The notes below the pieces were generated by a model, which ran no database searches, was not told the origin of the DNA, and saw only the letters and a list, made by a program, of their open reading frames with translations. The translations under genes were made by a program, and so were the position numbers. 38,213 nt of DNA from Candidatus Adlerbacteria bacterium (GTDB taxonomy: Bacteria > Patescibacteriota > Minisyncoccia > Phycocordibacterales > SBAW01): the NCBI GenBank assembly GCA_026397405.1, contig JAPLUW010000002.1, positions 1-38,213 of the forward strand, given 5' to 3'. Each line of letters starts with the position of its first letter. The stretch's first letter is position 1. Positions 1 through 7,879 of the stretch are shown here, in pieces.

Positions 1-1
1 C

Positions 2-73
2 CGTCGCTACGTCAAACATCAAGAGCATCACAAGCAGGGAGAACAACAGAGTGTGTTCAACCTTATTACCTAA
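2..73 (+). CDS. 3' end of probable IS200/IS605-family Y1 (HUH) transposase TnpA (partial, runs off window start)
   Basis: Open frame 2..73 translates RRYVKHQEHHKQGEQQSVFNLIT*. The YxxxQ motif resembles the catalytic-Tyr helix at the TnpA C-terminus, and an IS200-like subterminal hairpin follows. Confidence 0.55.
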   Translation, partial: RRYVKHQEHHKQGEQQSVFNLIT

Positions 74-75
74 TT

Positions 76-130
76 GCCCGCTTGCGGGCGCTTACAAAAC
101 CACCGGCCCTAAGGCCGGTGGTCGTTTATT
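76..130 (+). mobile_element. Probable IS200-like right end: two hairpins (the second could also act as a terminator)
   Basis: GCCCGC-TT-GCGGGC (76-89) and perfect 10-bp ACCACCGGCC-CTAA-GGCCGGTGGT (99-122), just after the putative tnpA stop. Confidence 0.5.
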
Positions 131-161
131 TAATTCAGGCTAGTTCTATATACTAGATAGT

Positions 162-410
162 ATGAGTAAAAAACTAGCCGGTGGTGTGGTGCACACTATG
201 CCGGCAGATTTACAAAAATCTATTCTTGCTACTCCGGCGGCTCTGGCGGTGTGGAAAGATATTACGCCGCTCGCTCGCAACGAGTGGATATGCTGGGTTA
301 TATCCGGCAAAAAAGCGGAAACGCGGGGCATCCGCATCGCAAAAGCAATTTCAAAACTAAAAGGGGGCATGCGCCGGCCGTGTTGCTGGGCCGGATGTAC
401 GCATCGTTAG
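162..410 (+). CDS. YdeI/OmpD-associated (OmdA-like) family small protein
   Basis: Motif P.DL...WKDITPLARNEWICWVISGKKAETR..RI.KA; TATACT 7 nt upstream of ATG. Confidence 0.8.
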   Translation: MSKKLAGGVVHTMPADLQKSILATPAALAVWKDITPLARNEWICWVISGKKAETRGIRIAKAISKLKGGMRRPCCWAGCTHR

Positions 411-456
411 TTGGCTACATTCCGTTGTAGGTAGGGAATGGAGTATAGTTGGGTCA

Positions 457-1158
457 ATGTCTATCCGACCAACCTACACCTCCCTCTATCAAAAGTTGGG
501 AGAAATTATCGCACTATGGGCATCCTGCATTTTTGGCTACTACACCATATTGCCCCTGTTCGGTTTGCAGCTCAGCTATAACTCCAGCCCTATCGCTATT
601 GCTGTGTACTTTTTGCTGTGGTCGGCACTTGCCACAGTATATTTTTGGGATGTATTTGCGCGATGGCTTCGTATAGACCGCCGTATTTGGGTATACAGCG
701 CAACAAGTCTTTTGTTCGCCGGGTTGATATGGATACTGCTGTATCTGTTTACGTTTCTTCCCGCGGTAAACGGTCTGCTCGCTGCGCCATACACAGACAT
801 TTTATTTGCGACCCCGTGGTATTTTTTGCCCAAGGCCGCGGAAATTCTGCTCCAACAGTTGCTGATAGCCGTGCTTGTGCTCGAACTTTCGTTCCGGCTC
901 CGTTCACTAAAACAAGTAGTGCTCGGGTACGCGGTATGTTTCGGCCTTATCCACGTGTTTCTCTTTTTGTTCACCGGCGCGCCGGTGTTGTATGCAACCA
1001 TTATGACTTCAGCGGCGCTGTTGTCGGCGTCAGTATTCCCGTATTTGATTTTGCGCGTGCGCGGCGGGTTTGTGTATGCCTATGTCATCCAGCTTGTGTT
1101 TTATATTTTGCTTGCGATGTTTTTGCATGCATGGCCGCCTCCGGGCTACGGCGTGTAG
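457..1158 (+). CDS. Multi-pass membrane protein, unknown function
   Basis: 233 aa with about 7 hydrophobic segments; TATAGT 7 nt upstream of ATG. Confidence 0.75.
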   Translation: MSIRPTYTSLYQKLGEIIALWASCIFGYYTILPLFGLQLSYNSSPIAIAVYFLLWSALATVYFWDVFARWLRIDRRIWVYSATSLLFAGLIWILLYLFTFLPAVNGLLAAPYTDILFATPWYFLPKAAEILLQQLLIAVLVLELSFRLRSLKQVVLGYAVCFGLIHVFLFLFTGAPVLYATIMTSAALLSASVFPYLILRVRGGFVYAYVIQLVFYILLAMFLHAWPPPGYGV

Positions 1159-1721
1159 GCGATAGCAACAGTTTTTTGTACGGGCCGTATAACTATGAAT
1201 CTCTTTTTCCAGCCGGCAAGAAAGTCAGCTGTGGAAATTTGCTTGTCGCCTGTCTGTGCGGCCGGGTCGTTGTAGTACAGCGTGTCGCCGTCAATTCCGT
1301 TTAGCACCACAAGGTGGGGGACCTTGCTCTTTGGGTCAAATTTGTAATGGACCGACACTATCACCGGCCCGTTTTTAAGATGCTCTGTAAGTTGCGCAAG
1401 GGCCGCACGGTTGCCCAGCGTCGCCACATCGTAACTGCTTCCGTCGAGACCGTATTTTTTTGCGACACTAATCAAGCCTTGGTAGCTCCACCCTGCATTT
1501 TTCAAGTACGCGCCGACAGCGATGCCTTGTGTAAGAAGTGTGTCTACCGAAACGGCAGGCTTGTAGTAGTCGATAACCATTGCAAGGTCGGTTATCCCGC
1601 ATCCGACTTTTTTCCACGCAGTTGAGGTTATATCTTTAAATTGAGAATAAAAAGGGACTGCAGCAACGGTGTGTATCGGAGTTTCTTGAATAGTGGAGGG
1701 AACCGGCATAGCAAGTAACAT
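1146..1721 (-). CDS. C39-like (papain-fold) peptidase
   Basis: VPFYSQ...GCGITDLAMV (catalytic Cys), PHLVVLNG (His), YYNDP. Confidence 0.85.
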   Translation of the reverse strand: MLLAMPVPSTIQETPIHTVAAVPFYSQFKDITSTAWKKVGCGITDLAMVIDYYKPAVSVDTLLTQGIAVGAYLKNAGWSYQGLISVAKKYGLDGSSYDVATLGNRAALAQLTEHLKNGPVIVSVHYKFDPKSKVPHLVVLNGIDGDTLYYNDPAAQTGDKQISTADFLAGWKKRFIVIRPVQKTVAIAYTP

Positions 1722-1766
1722 CCAACAATCTTCGCAGATGTGTTCCTGATGAACAAGCTATTTGCA

Positions 1767-2618
1767 TTAGTCCTTCACAATCACGCTCGTGCCTACAACG
1801 GCCCACATATACAGCCCCTTTGCTTTTTGTGGCGGTAAGTTTACACACCCGTGCGACCACGGCTGCCCAAAATGGTCGTGCCAGTATGCGCCGTGTATGA
1901 CCGCGCCGTCCGTTGTGAAGTACAAGTTCCACGGTACGCCCGGCAAGTCGTACACTTGGTCGCTCACACCGGGTATCGGCCCCTGCATGTACCTCGCGGG
2001 TGTCATTTTAAAAACAGTAAATGTGCCGCGGGCGGTCGGCGTGAGTTCAAGCCCTGTCGAAACGGGTTCTTGCATAAAGAGGGTATCGCCGTCATATGCA
2101 TAGAGCATCTCTTTTCCTACATCAATGACGATTCGTTTTGTTGTTGCCGAGCTGTCTTTTGTAAGCAGGTGGTTGCCGTCGTCATAGAATGTTCGGACAA
2201 ATTCGTTTGCGACATACAAGTCGGCGCCAAGGCGGTCCGGATATTTTACAGTGTTGTCAAATCCAATTTTGTCCCATACCTGGCCGTCTACAGTTACCTC
2301 CTTTTCCACACGAAGCACCACGCCCGTGCGCAAACGCTCCACGACGGGGTATGTGGCCCCGGGGCCCGAGCGCATATTTACGCACGTGCCTGTGTCGTAG
2401 TAGGGGCCGCATCCATCCATTACTTCGAGATATTCAAATAGCGGAGGTTGCGTCCCGCCGGGACCAGGCGTTGAAGACGCCGTATCTCCGCCCGGTATGC
2501 CGACCGCTGCGGGAAGGGAGTTTTGTATGTAGCCCCTAAATACCCAGGCACCAAAAAAAATGAGCGCGACAAGCGCGATTGCCGCAAAGGAAAGTTTTTT
2601 CGCCACAGCTTCGCTCAC
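1767..2618 (-). CDS. L,D-transpeptidase (YkuD) with N-terminal TM anchor and SH3-like domain
   Basis: VNMRSGPG (SH3b-like); IHGAYWH..FG.PWSHGCVNL catalytic motif. Confidence 0.92.
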   Translation of the reverse strand: MSEAVAKKLSFAAIALVALIFFGAWVFRGYIQNSLPAAVGIPGGDTASSTPGPGGTQPPLFEYLEVMDGCGPYYDTGTCVNMRSGPGATYPVVERLRTGVVLRVEKEVTVDGQVWDKIGFDNTVKYPDRLGADLYVANEFVRTFYDDGNHLLTKDSSATTKRIVIDVGKEMLYAYDGDTLFMQEPVSTGLELTPTARGTFTVFKMTPARYMQGPIPGVSDQVYDLPGVPWNLYFTTDGAVIHGAYWHDHFGQPWSHGCVNLPPQKAKGLYMWAVVGTSVIVKD

Positions 2619-2668
2619 TTGGATATCTTAATGAAATATCAGTGAGAGTTGAATGAAGATATATGCTG

Positions 2669-3508
2669 TCAGGGCGCGTAGCGCATGACCCATACAAAAT
2701 CACTCGTACTGTTTGGTGTGTAGTACGAAGAAAGCCGTAAGAGGTCGTTTTTTGAATGGTAGTTGCCTTTGTATCCGGTACGCCCGGTGGTGTAGCCGGC
2801 CTGTGCGAGCAATTGCTCCAGGGTTTTAGTGCTGTACCCAAACGGCGATGCAAAATCAACCACGGGCTTTCCGAGATGTGTTTCGAGAATTTTTTTGCTG
2901 TTAACAACTTCCGACTGCAGCTGAGCGGGGGTGAGCGTGGACAATAACGGATGAGAAAGCGTGTGGCTGCCAATGGTCATGCCTGCGGCGCTCATTTCCT
3001 GAATCTCGCTCCAGGTTAAAAAACGCGGGTCTTTCCCAATGGGGTTGGTGTATACATAAAATGTTGCGGTGTCATGATATTTTTCAAGTAACGGAAAGGC
3101 TTTAGTGTAGTGGTCTTGCCAACCGTCATCAAAGGTGAGCACGACGGGTTTTGCGACAGGGGATGTGGTGCCGGACCGTATATCCTCGGCCAGAGCCTCC
3201 AACGTAATGGTGGTGTAGCCATGCTCCTTTAAATACCTCAGTTGTTCTTCAAGCGTTTCGGGCGAGATGTCAAAACGTTTTTTCATCAATGATTCTCCCG
3301 CCTGGTGGGGCTGTATCGAATGGTACACAAGAATGGGTATTCGCATGGCGCCCGATGTAGAGCTCGCGTTTTTTTCTTGGATCTTCGCTTCAATTTCTGA
3401 CGTGAGCACGTATGGGCGCTGGGATTCAAACGCATATACCACTCCTGCAGCAACAAGGCCAAGGAGCATAACGGCACACAAGCGAATAATAAAGGCTTTT
3501 TGTGTCAT
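2669..3508 (-). CDS. Polysaccharide deacetylase (NodB/IcaB-like CE4)
   Basis: PILVYH, LTFDDG, IGSHTLSH and FASPFG motifs; N-terminal TM. Confidence 0.92.
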   Translation of the reverse strand: MTQKAFIIRLCAVMLLGLVAAGVVYAFESQRPYVLTSEIEAKIQEKNASSTSGAMRIPILVYHSIQPHQAGESLMKKRFDISPETLEEQLRYLKEHGYTTITLEALAEDIRSGTTSPVAKPVVLTFDDGWQDHYTKAFPLLEKYHDTATFYVYTNPIGKDPRFLTWSEIQEMSAAGMTIGSHTLSHPLLSTLTPAQLQSEVVNSKKILETHLGKPVVDFASPFGYSTKTLEQLLAQAGYTTGRTGYKGNYHSKNDLLRLSSYYTPNSTSDFVWVMRYAP

Positions 3509-3586
3509 TGGTGCGCGTGTAATACTACCATAGCCCTATGTCGGTGAACAATGGATACCTCTCAAACGAATGTATACTAGAGTGGT

Positions 3587-4009
3587 ATGGAAAACACCCA
3601 CGTTCCGCATCCGCATATTGAAAATAGGAAACAATCGGGCCCTCCTCAAGTTAAAAATGAGCATATTGGAATTAATGGCCGTATAGCGCTCTTGATAACC
3701 AACGCTGTGGGAACCATGTGGTGTGCGTATCTGTTTGCGCTGCTTGCATTGATAAGCCTGCCCGCCGCAATCGCAGGAGGCACAGCAACCGTCATAACGT
3801 GGATAGCGCAAACATTCTTACAGTTGGTGCTCCTTTCCGTCATTATGGTGGGGCAAAAAGTTGCCGCACAGGCTTCCGACAAACAAGCCCTGCAAACGTA
3901 CGAAGACGCCGAAGCCCTGTTGGAAATTCAAGACGAGGTCCACAGGCTGCTTAAAATCAATAATGATCTGACTGATGAAATTCATACAATAGTCAAACAA
4001 AAGAAATAA
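3587..4009 (+). CDS. DUF1003-like membrane protein
   Basis: VGTMWCAYLF...WIAQTFLQLVLLSVIMVGQ pattern plus C-terminal coiled coil; TATACT 8 nt before ATG. Confidence 0.7.
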   Translation: MENTHVPHPHIENRKQSGPPQVKNEHIGINGRIALLITNAVGTMWCAYLFALLALISLPAAIAGGTATVITWIAQTFLQLVLLSVIMVGQKVAAQASDKQALQTYEDAEALLEIQDEVHRLLKINNDLTDEIHTIVKQKK

Positions 4010-4049
4010 GCTCTGTTTGGCAGGTTTATTGTATAATCGGGGGATAGTT

Positions 4050-4631
4050 ATGTTGATGCAACTTCTTGCCTTGTGTGCGCTTGCGGGGGTAAGTATATTC
4101 CTCTTTTTCCCGGTTAACAGCGACAAGGGTCGTACACGGGAAAGCCGCTATGTACGGTACATTCCGTTTATTCCGGTATTTGTTCTCCCGTATGTTAGCC
4201 TTTATCCCTACATTGCGTTTTCAATGCTCGGACTCCTTTTCTTTACCCCTATTGCAGCCCGTTTGTACGTAAGTATTATTTTTAGCGCCCTTGTCGCGGC
4301 GCTCATCTGGTATTTTTTGCCCAGCAAAGTTTCGGGACGTCCAAAATTAACTCCCAAGGGCCCTATGACCAGCATAGTTGCATGGATATACCGCGTAGAC
4401 CCCGGCGGCAATACGCTCCCTAGTTCGCATGCCTACATGGCAATACTATGCAGCTACTATTTGACCTTTGCGTTTCCGCTCCACGAAACTCTGATATGGG
4501 GTTACGGGGTTACGGTTATTAGTTCGACTCTGTTTGTGCGGCAACACCACATAAGCGACCTGTTTGCAGGGGGGATACTCGCGGCTATTTCAGTCGGTTT
4601 CTCCTACCTTATCCTCGGAGGCCTCTCATAA
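4050..4631 (+). CDS. PAP2-superfamily membrane phosphatase/phosphotransferase
   Basis: NTLPSSH (C2) and STLFVRQHHISD (C3) motifs; start placed at ATG 4050 downstream of TATAAT 4032-4037. Confidence 0.85.
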   Translation: MLMQLLALCALAGVSIFLFFPVNSDKGRTRESRYVRYIPFIPVFVLPYVSLYPYIAFSMLGLLFFTPIAARLYVSIIFSALVAALIWYFLPSKVSGRPKLTPKGPMTSIVAWIYRVDPGGNTLPSSHAYMAILCSYYLTFAFPLHETLIWGYGVTVISSTLFVRQHHISDLFAGGILAAISVGFSYLILGGLS

Positions 4632-4707
4632 GTACTCAATAACTTTTCATTAAGTAGAAAAAGATATAGAATACGAGGAAGAGTATTAATAATCAGAAAA
4701 TAATATA

Positions 4708-5241
4708 ATGAAGACAGCACAAAAAATAGCAATTGGGGCTTTGGTCGCCGCAAGTCTTGTTCCGGTTTTTGCATTTGCTCAAACACCAAGCACCACTTCT
4801 GGAGCAGCGGATGCATCTCCAACAACCCGGAACGAGTGTCTTATGGCGGCTACTAAAACAAGCCAGGCCTCTATTGCCGCCGCTAAAACGGCTCGCGACA
4901 GCGCTCTGGCCACTGCTATGTCCGCTCGAGATACAGCTGTTGCCACTGCAAAGGCTACGCTTACAAGCACAAAGACTTCTGCTATGACTGCCCGTGATGC
5001 AGCTCTGGCTACAGCCAACGCCAACACTGACAAGACTACTCGCGCTGCAGCCGTAAAAGCGGCACGCGATGCGTATACAGCTGCAGTCAAAGCTGCAAAT
5101 GAGGCTTACACAACCGCGCGTAAATCAGCAGAATCCGATTACACAACGGCAGCTAAAGCCGCTCGTGCTACGTATGCTGCTGCAGGTAAGTCGGCAACCG
5201 ACCAGGCAAAGACCGACCGCGCCGCTTGCCCAAAGAAATAG
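4708..5241 (+). CDS. Secreted Ala/Thr-rich helical repeat protein
   Basis: Signal peptide ending AFA-Q; roughly 11-residue AxxARDxAxAT repeats bounded by two Cys. Confidence 0.8.
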   Translation: MKTAQKIAIGALVAASLVPVFAFAQTPSTTSGAADASPTTRNECLMAATKTSQASIAAAKTARDSALATAMSARDTAVATAKATLTSTKTSAMTARDAALATANANTDKTTRAAAVKAARDAYTAAVKAANEAYTTARKSAESDYTTAAKAARATYAAAGKSATDQAKTDRAACPKK

Positions 5242-5268
5242 CACGCGTCATTTTTTCTGTCTATTTTC

Positions 5269-5300
5269 AAAACCGCACACTCTGTGCGGTTTTGTTTTTT
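5269..5300 (+). terminator. Intrinsic terminator
   Basis: AAAACCGCACA-CTC-TGTGCGGTTTT followed by GTTTTTT. Confidence 0.85.
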
Positions 5301-5384
5301 AGTTCGGTTTACAGCCGAGGCAAACCTGTTGTGGGTAAAAAAGAGTCGCTTTAGGTAGCGTCAACAAGGTATACTTTCGCTGTT

Positions 5385-5486
5385 GGCGGAGTTTTAGGCG
5401 TTCCAGCTGTAGTGCACATAACTTCAAATATAACGACCAACATCACGATCTCTATAGATACGGGGATTCGCTAATTCTGCTCCGCC
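5385..5486 (+). ncRNA. Candidate structured ncRNA (long irregular rod)
   Basis: Nested pairings GGCGGAG/CTCCGCC, TTAG/CTAA, TTCC/GGGG and CTGTAG/CTATAG around an A/C-rich loop; TATACT at 5370-5375 just upstream; no ORF. Confidence 0.4.
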
Positions 5487-5516
5487 TGATAGAGGACGTT
5501 CGAACTTACTATACTC

Positions 5517-5545
5517 TTGACGTAGGAGTATATTTATAGTATTAT
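5517..5545 (+). promoter_or_regulatory. sigma70-type promoter of the GtrA-like gene
   Basis: TTGACG-17 nt-TATTAT; SD AAGGAG before ATG 5583. Confidence 0.65.
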
Positions 5546-5582
5546 TCAGCTAAGTAATCTGATCTTTCACAAGGAGCGTTAG

Positions 5583-6146
5583 ATGGGTTTTTTCAGTAGA
5601 TGCCATAAGAGCAGTCTCCTGCGGGAGCTGCAAACGCGGGGGACAATGTGTCTCCCAAAGAGATACAGGCAACCGACTCGTACTGCTTGCAAATACTGGA
5701 TCTGCAATGGCCTGGGGATTTTCTTTAGCCTTCTACTGGCTGAGAAGCTTATCCATGCGGGTGTTCATTACAGACTTGCGATGGTTGGGGGCGCTTTTGC
5801 GCAAGCTGTGATCGCGACCCCACTCAACGCGGCGTGGACCTTTAAATCAGAACTGGGTCTGTCGCTCAGCCCCAAGATGGTTCTGAGGGGTGCAGTTGTG
5901 GATCTTGCTGGGTGGGCGGGGGCAGAAGTAATTGTGTCGGTGGAAATCGACATTCTCGCCAGCGCATGGAACCTGGAGTGGCTGGGAGATTTCTTGGTCG
6001 CACGAGGGATCTCAGTTGTACTCATGGGCTACCCTCTGTACTTGTTTGATCTTTGGTACACGTTTAAGAGGCCGCTGAAGGACCTCCCACCGGTCGCCCT
6101 GGCCCGCCGCGTGTACGCCAAACTCCGCTCGACACTTGTTCTATAA
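5583..6146 (+). CDS. GtrA-like small membrane protein (divergent)
   Basis: Four hydrophobic segments; KY..CNG.G, LNAAWTFK and LWYTFK repeats typical of GtrA; SD AAGGAG. Confidence 0.55.
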   Translation: MGFFSRCHKSSLLRELQTRGTMCLPKRYRQPTRTACKYWICNGLGIFFSLLLAEKLIHAGVHYRLAMVGGAFAQAVIATPLNAAWTFKSELGLSLSPKMVLRGAVVDLAGWAGAEVIVSVEIDILASAWNLEWLGDFLVARGISVVLMGYPLYLFDLWYTFKRPLKDLPPVALARRVYAKLRSTLVL

Positions 6147-6174
6147 ACTCCACAGAATTTGCTGTGGGGTTTTT
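6145..6174 (+). terminator. Intrinsic terminator (+)
   Basis: AAACTCCACAG...CTGTGGGGTTT followed by T run. Confidence 0.7.
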
Positions 6175-6180
6175 ACATAT

Positions 6181-6209
6181 AAAAAAGAAACCGCCCAAGT
6201 CTTGGGCGG
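6181..6209 (-). terminator. Intrinsic terminator (-)
   Basis: CCGCCCAAG/CTTGGGCGG hairpin followed on the minus strand by TTTCTTTTTT. Confidence 0.85.
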
Positions 6210-6222
6210 AGTGTTGCAAAGT

Positions 6223-6753
6223 CTATGTTGTTGCTGAATCGGCCTTCTCCGAAGGTTCGAATCGGCGATCTTTGAACAAGAGTCCACTACCGATGATATA
6301 TCCTTGAGGATTGGTGGTAGTCGAGTTCCAAACGCAATCCCACGTACCTGCAAGTGTTGGCTTGCCGGTCGGATAGATGAAATGGATGAAGTACCGATGA
6401 CCGTCGATCCAGAGTGAAGAACGACGTTGTCCGTGAGCTTGCCAGTCGCGCTCTCCAAATTTCTCCAGAAAAAAACCTTTGACTCTAACAGACACAAGGT
6501 CTGAGGTCTGGCCGACAAGGAGGGTTTTCATCTCCATCTCAACCTCCATCAACTGCCGAGCCATTCCGTTTTTTCCCTCTGGAAGCAATCGGTAGGAGAT
6601 CTTAAGATCCTTCGGTTGCGACTGCGCTTCAGTGATGACTTGAAGCGCAAGCGAAACGAGCCGCTGTGCTTCGAGTACACCACTGTTTTGATGGTAGGTG
6701 CCGTTTTTAAACAGGTTGTCGAGGAACTCCCCGGCAAGGCTTCGAATAGTCAT
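6223..6753 (-). CDS. Hypothetical protein (ORFan-like)
   Basis: 176-aa ORF with SD-like GAAAGGG, promoter TTGATT-17-TAGTCT (6836-6808) and its own terminator. Confidence 0.7.
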   Translation of the reverse strand: MTIRSLAGEFLDNLFKNGTYHQNSGVLEAQRLVSLALQVITEAQSQPKDLKISYRLLPEGKNGMARQLMEVEMEMKTLLVGQTSDLVSVRVKGFFLEKFGERDWQAHGQRRSSLWIDGHRYFIHFIYPTGKPTLAGTWDCVWNSTTTNPQGYIIGSGLLFKDRRFEPSEKADSATT

Positions 6754-6851
6754 CTGTAGCCCTTTCGAGAAAAGCTGCTTTAGGAGGGCAGCGGAACCTC
6801 TGCCGCAAGACTACGTTTTTAAGTAGAAGAAATCAACAGGTTTAAATTCAG

Positions 6852-7146
6852 CTCCGCGACCAGGACTCGAACCTGGAACCAACTCCTTACACGTGACCCC
6901 AAACTTACGTAAGGGCGTGGACTATATCATCACCCGTTCTGGGTGCGAGGCGCTTCGTCCCGAACTTCGGGACTACTTCCATTTGGAATAGTCTCTGAAC
7001 CTTTCCCCAGAGTGGGGACTTGGCTGCTGATTGCCCTTCTTAATTTAAGAATAGGGTTTCCAGACAATTCACCTCGTTTGCAACCCACATTCCTGTGGGA
7101 GGCTGCCTATCGACAGGGAGCTGCTCTACCATTGAGCTATCGCGGA
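6852..7146 (-). tRNA. trnN: tRNA-Asn(GUU), intron-containing: exons 7146-7113 and 6889-6852
   Basis: Joined exons give TCCGCGA TA GCTC AATGGTA GAGC A GCTCC CT GT|T AA GGAGT TGGTT CCAGG TTCGAGT CCTGG TCGCGGA G: a full cloverleaf with anticodon GTT and discriminator G; CCA not fully encoded. Confidence 0.95.
6890..7112 (-). ncRNA. Group I self-splicing intron (223 nt, no ORF, IA-like) at anticodon position 35/36
   Basis: P1 CUGU|C-GAUA-GGCAG with U-G at the 5' splice site; P AATTGTCTGGAAA, Q AATCAGCAG, R TCAGAGACTA, S GATATAGTCC; P3 GAGGTG/CGCCTC; P7.1 and P7.2 hairpins; terminal omega-G at 6890. Confidence 0.93.
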
Positions 7147-7229
7147 ATAATGGCCAAAATTGACCTGAAAAAAGTATACGGTATCTTGTCTCTATCAGCA
7201 AACATAACACCTGGTGTTATAATGGGAGA

Positions 7230-7574
7230 ATGATACTCAAGAGTTGTAAAAAACATAAAGAGACAAAACATTTTCCACGACCAGACGGCTCTTTTAGATG
7301 TGGCAAATGTGCTTCTGAATGGGTAATTAAAAACCGAAGAAAAAAGAAAGAAAAACTCGTCGAACTTTTTGGTGGAAAGTGCTCAGTGTGTGGGTATAAA
7401 AAATACGCAGGAGCGCTTGATTTCCATCATATAAACCCAAAGAACAAAGAGTTTGCTTTAAGCGTGAAAGGTCTTTCATATAGCTGGGAAAGTTTAGTAC
7501 AGGAGGCAAAAAAATGTGTTCTGGTATGTAAAAATTGTCATACAGAAATTGAGGCAGGATTAACAACTCTGTAG
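7230..7574 (+). CDS. Free-standing zinc-binding HNH-family endonuclease
   Basis: CxxH/CxxC N-terminal finger, GGKCSVCGY, ALDFHH, CVLVCKNCH; AT-rich; TGTTATAAT 6 nt before ATG. Confidence 0.85.
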   Translation: MILKSCKKHKETKHFPRPDGSFRCGKCASEWVIKNRRKKKEKLVELFGGKCSVCGYKKYAGALDFHHINPKNKEFALSVKGLSYSWESLVQEAKKCVLVCKNCHTEIEAGLTTL

Positions 7575-7615
7575 CCTCACAGAGTCTTTAGGTGGGCAGC
7601 TGATATACTAGGGGA

Positions 7616-7879
7616 ATGAAGAAGACTCCTGAGAAACCAAAAAAAATAGAGCAAGGTTCTATAACTGTGAAGGCTCGCGTTGTTGCCGATGCCTCGCGTG
7701 AATTGGTCGTTGAGAAAGAAAAAGGTTTAATGGTTTCGGTAAAAGAGCCGGCGGAAATGAACCGTGCAAACAATCGTGTCCGTATATTACTAGCGAAGAA
7801 GTATGGAGTCCCGCTCAAAAAAGTATTGCTTGTGCGAGGCCATCATGCTCCATCTAAAACATTTTCTATTCTTTTATGA
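7616..7879 (+). CDS. DUF167/YggU family protein
   Basis: VSVKEPAEMNRAN...LAK.YGVP...V.LVRGH.APSK. Confidence 0.85.
   Translation: MKKTPEKPKKIEQGSITVKARVVADASRELVVEKEKGLMVSVKEPAEMNRANNRVRILLAKKYGVPLKKVLLVRGHHAPSKTFSILL

Noticed and set aside
618-1304. 228-aa alternative-frame ORF, and the many similar overlapping ORFs in the track
   Set aside because: They overlap better-supported genes and have no motifs or initiation signals
6852-6889. tRNA 3' half as a prophage/island attR remnant
   Set aside because: The matching 5' half lies 223 nt away with a complete group I core in between, and no integrase is present
6943-7233. 96-aa ORF overlapping the intron, as a possible intron-encoded endonuclease
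   Set aside because: It is antisense to the tRNA/intron, crosses the 5' exon and has no nuclease motif
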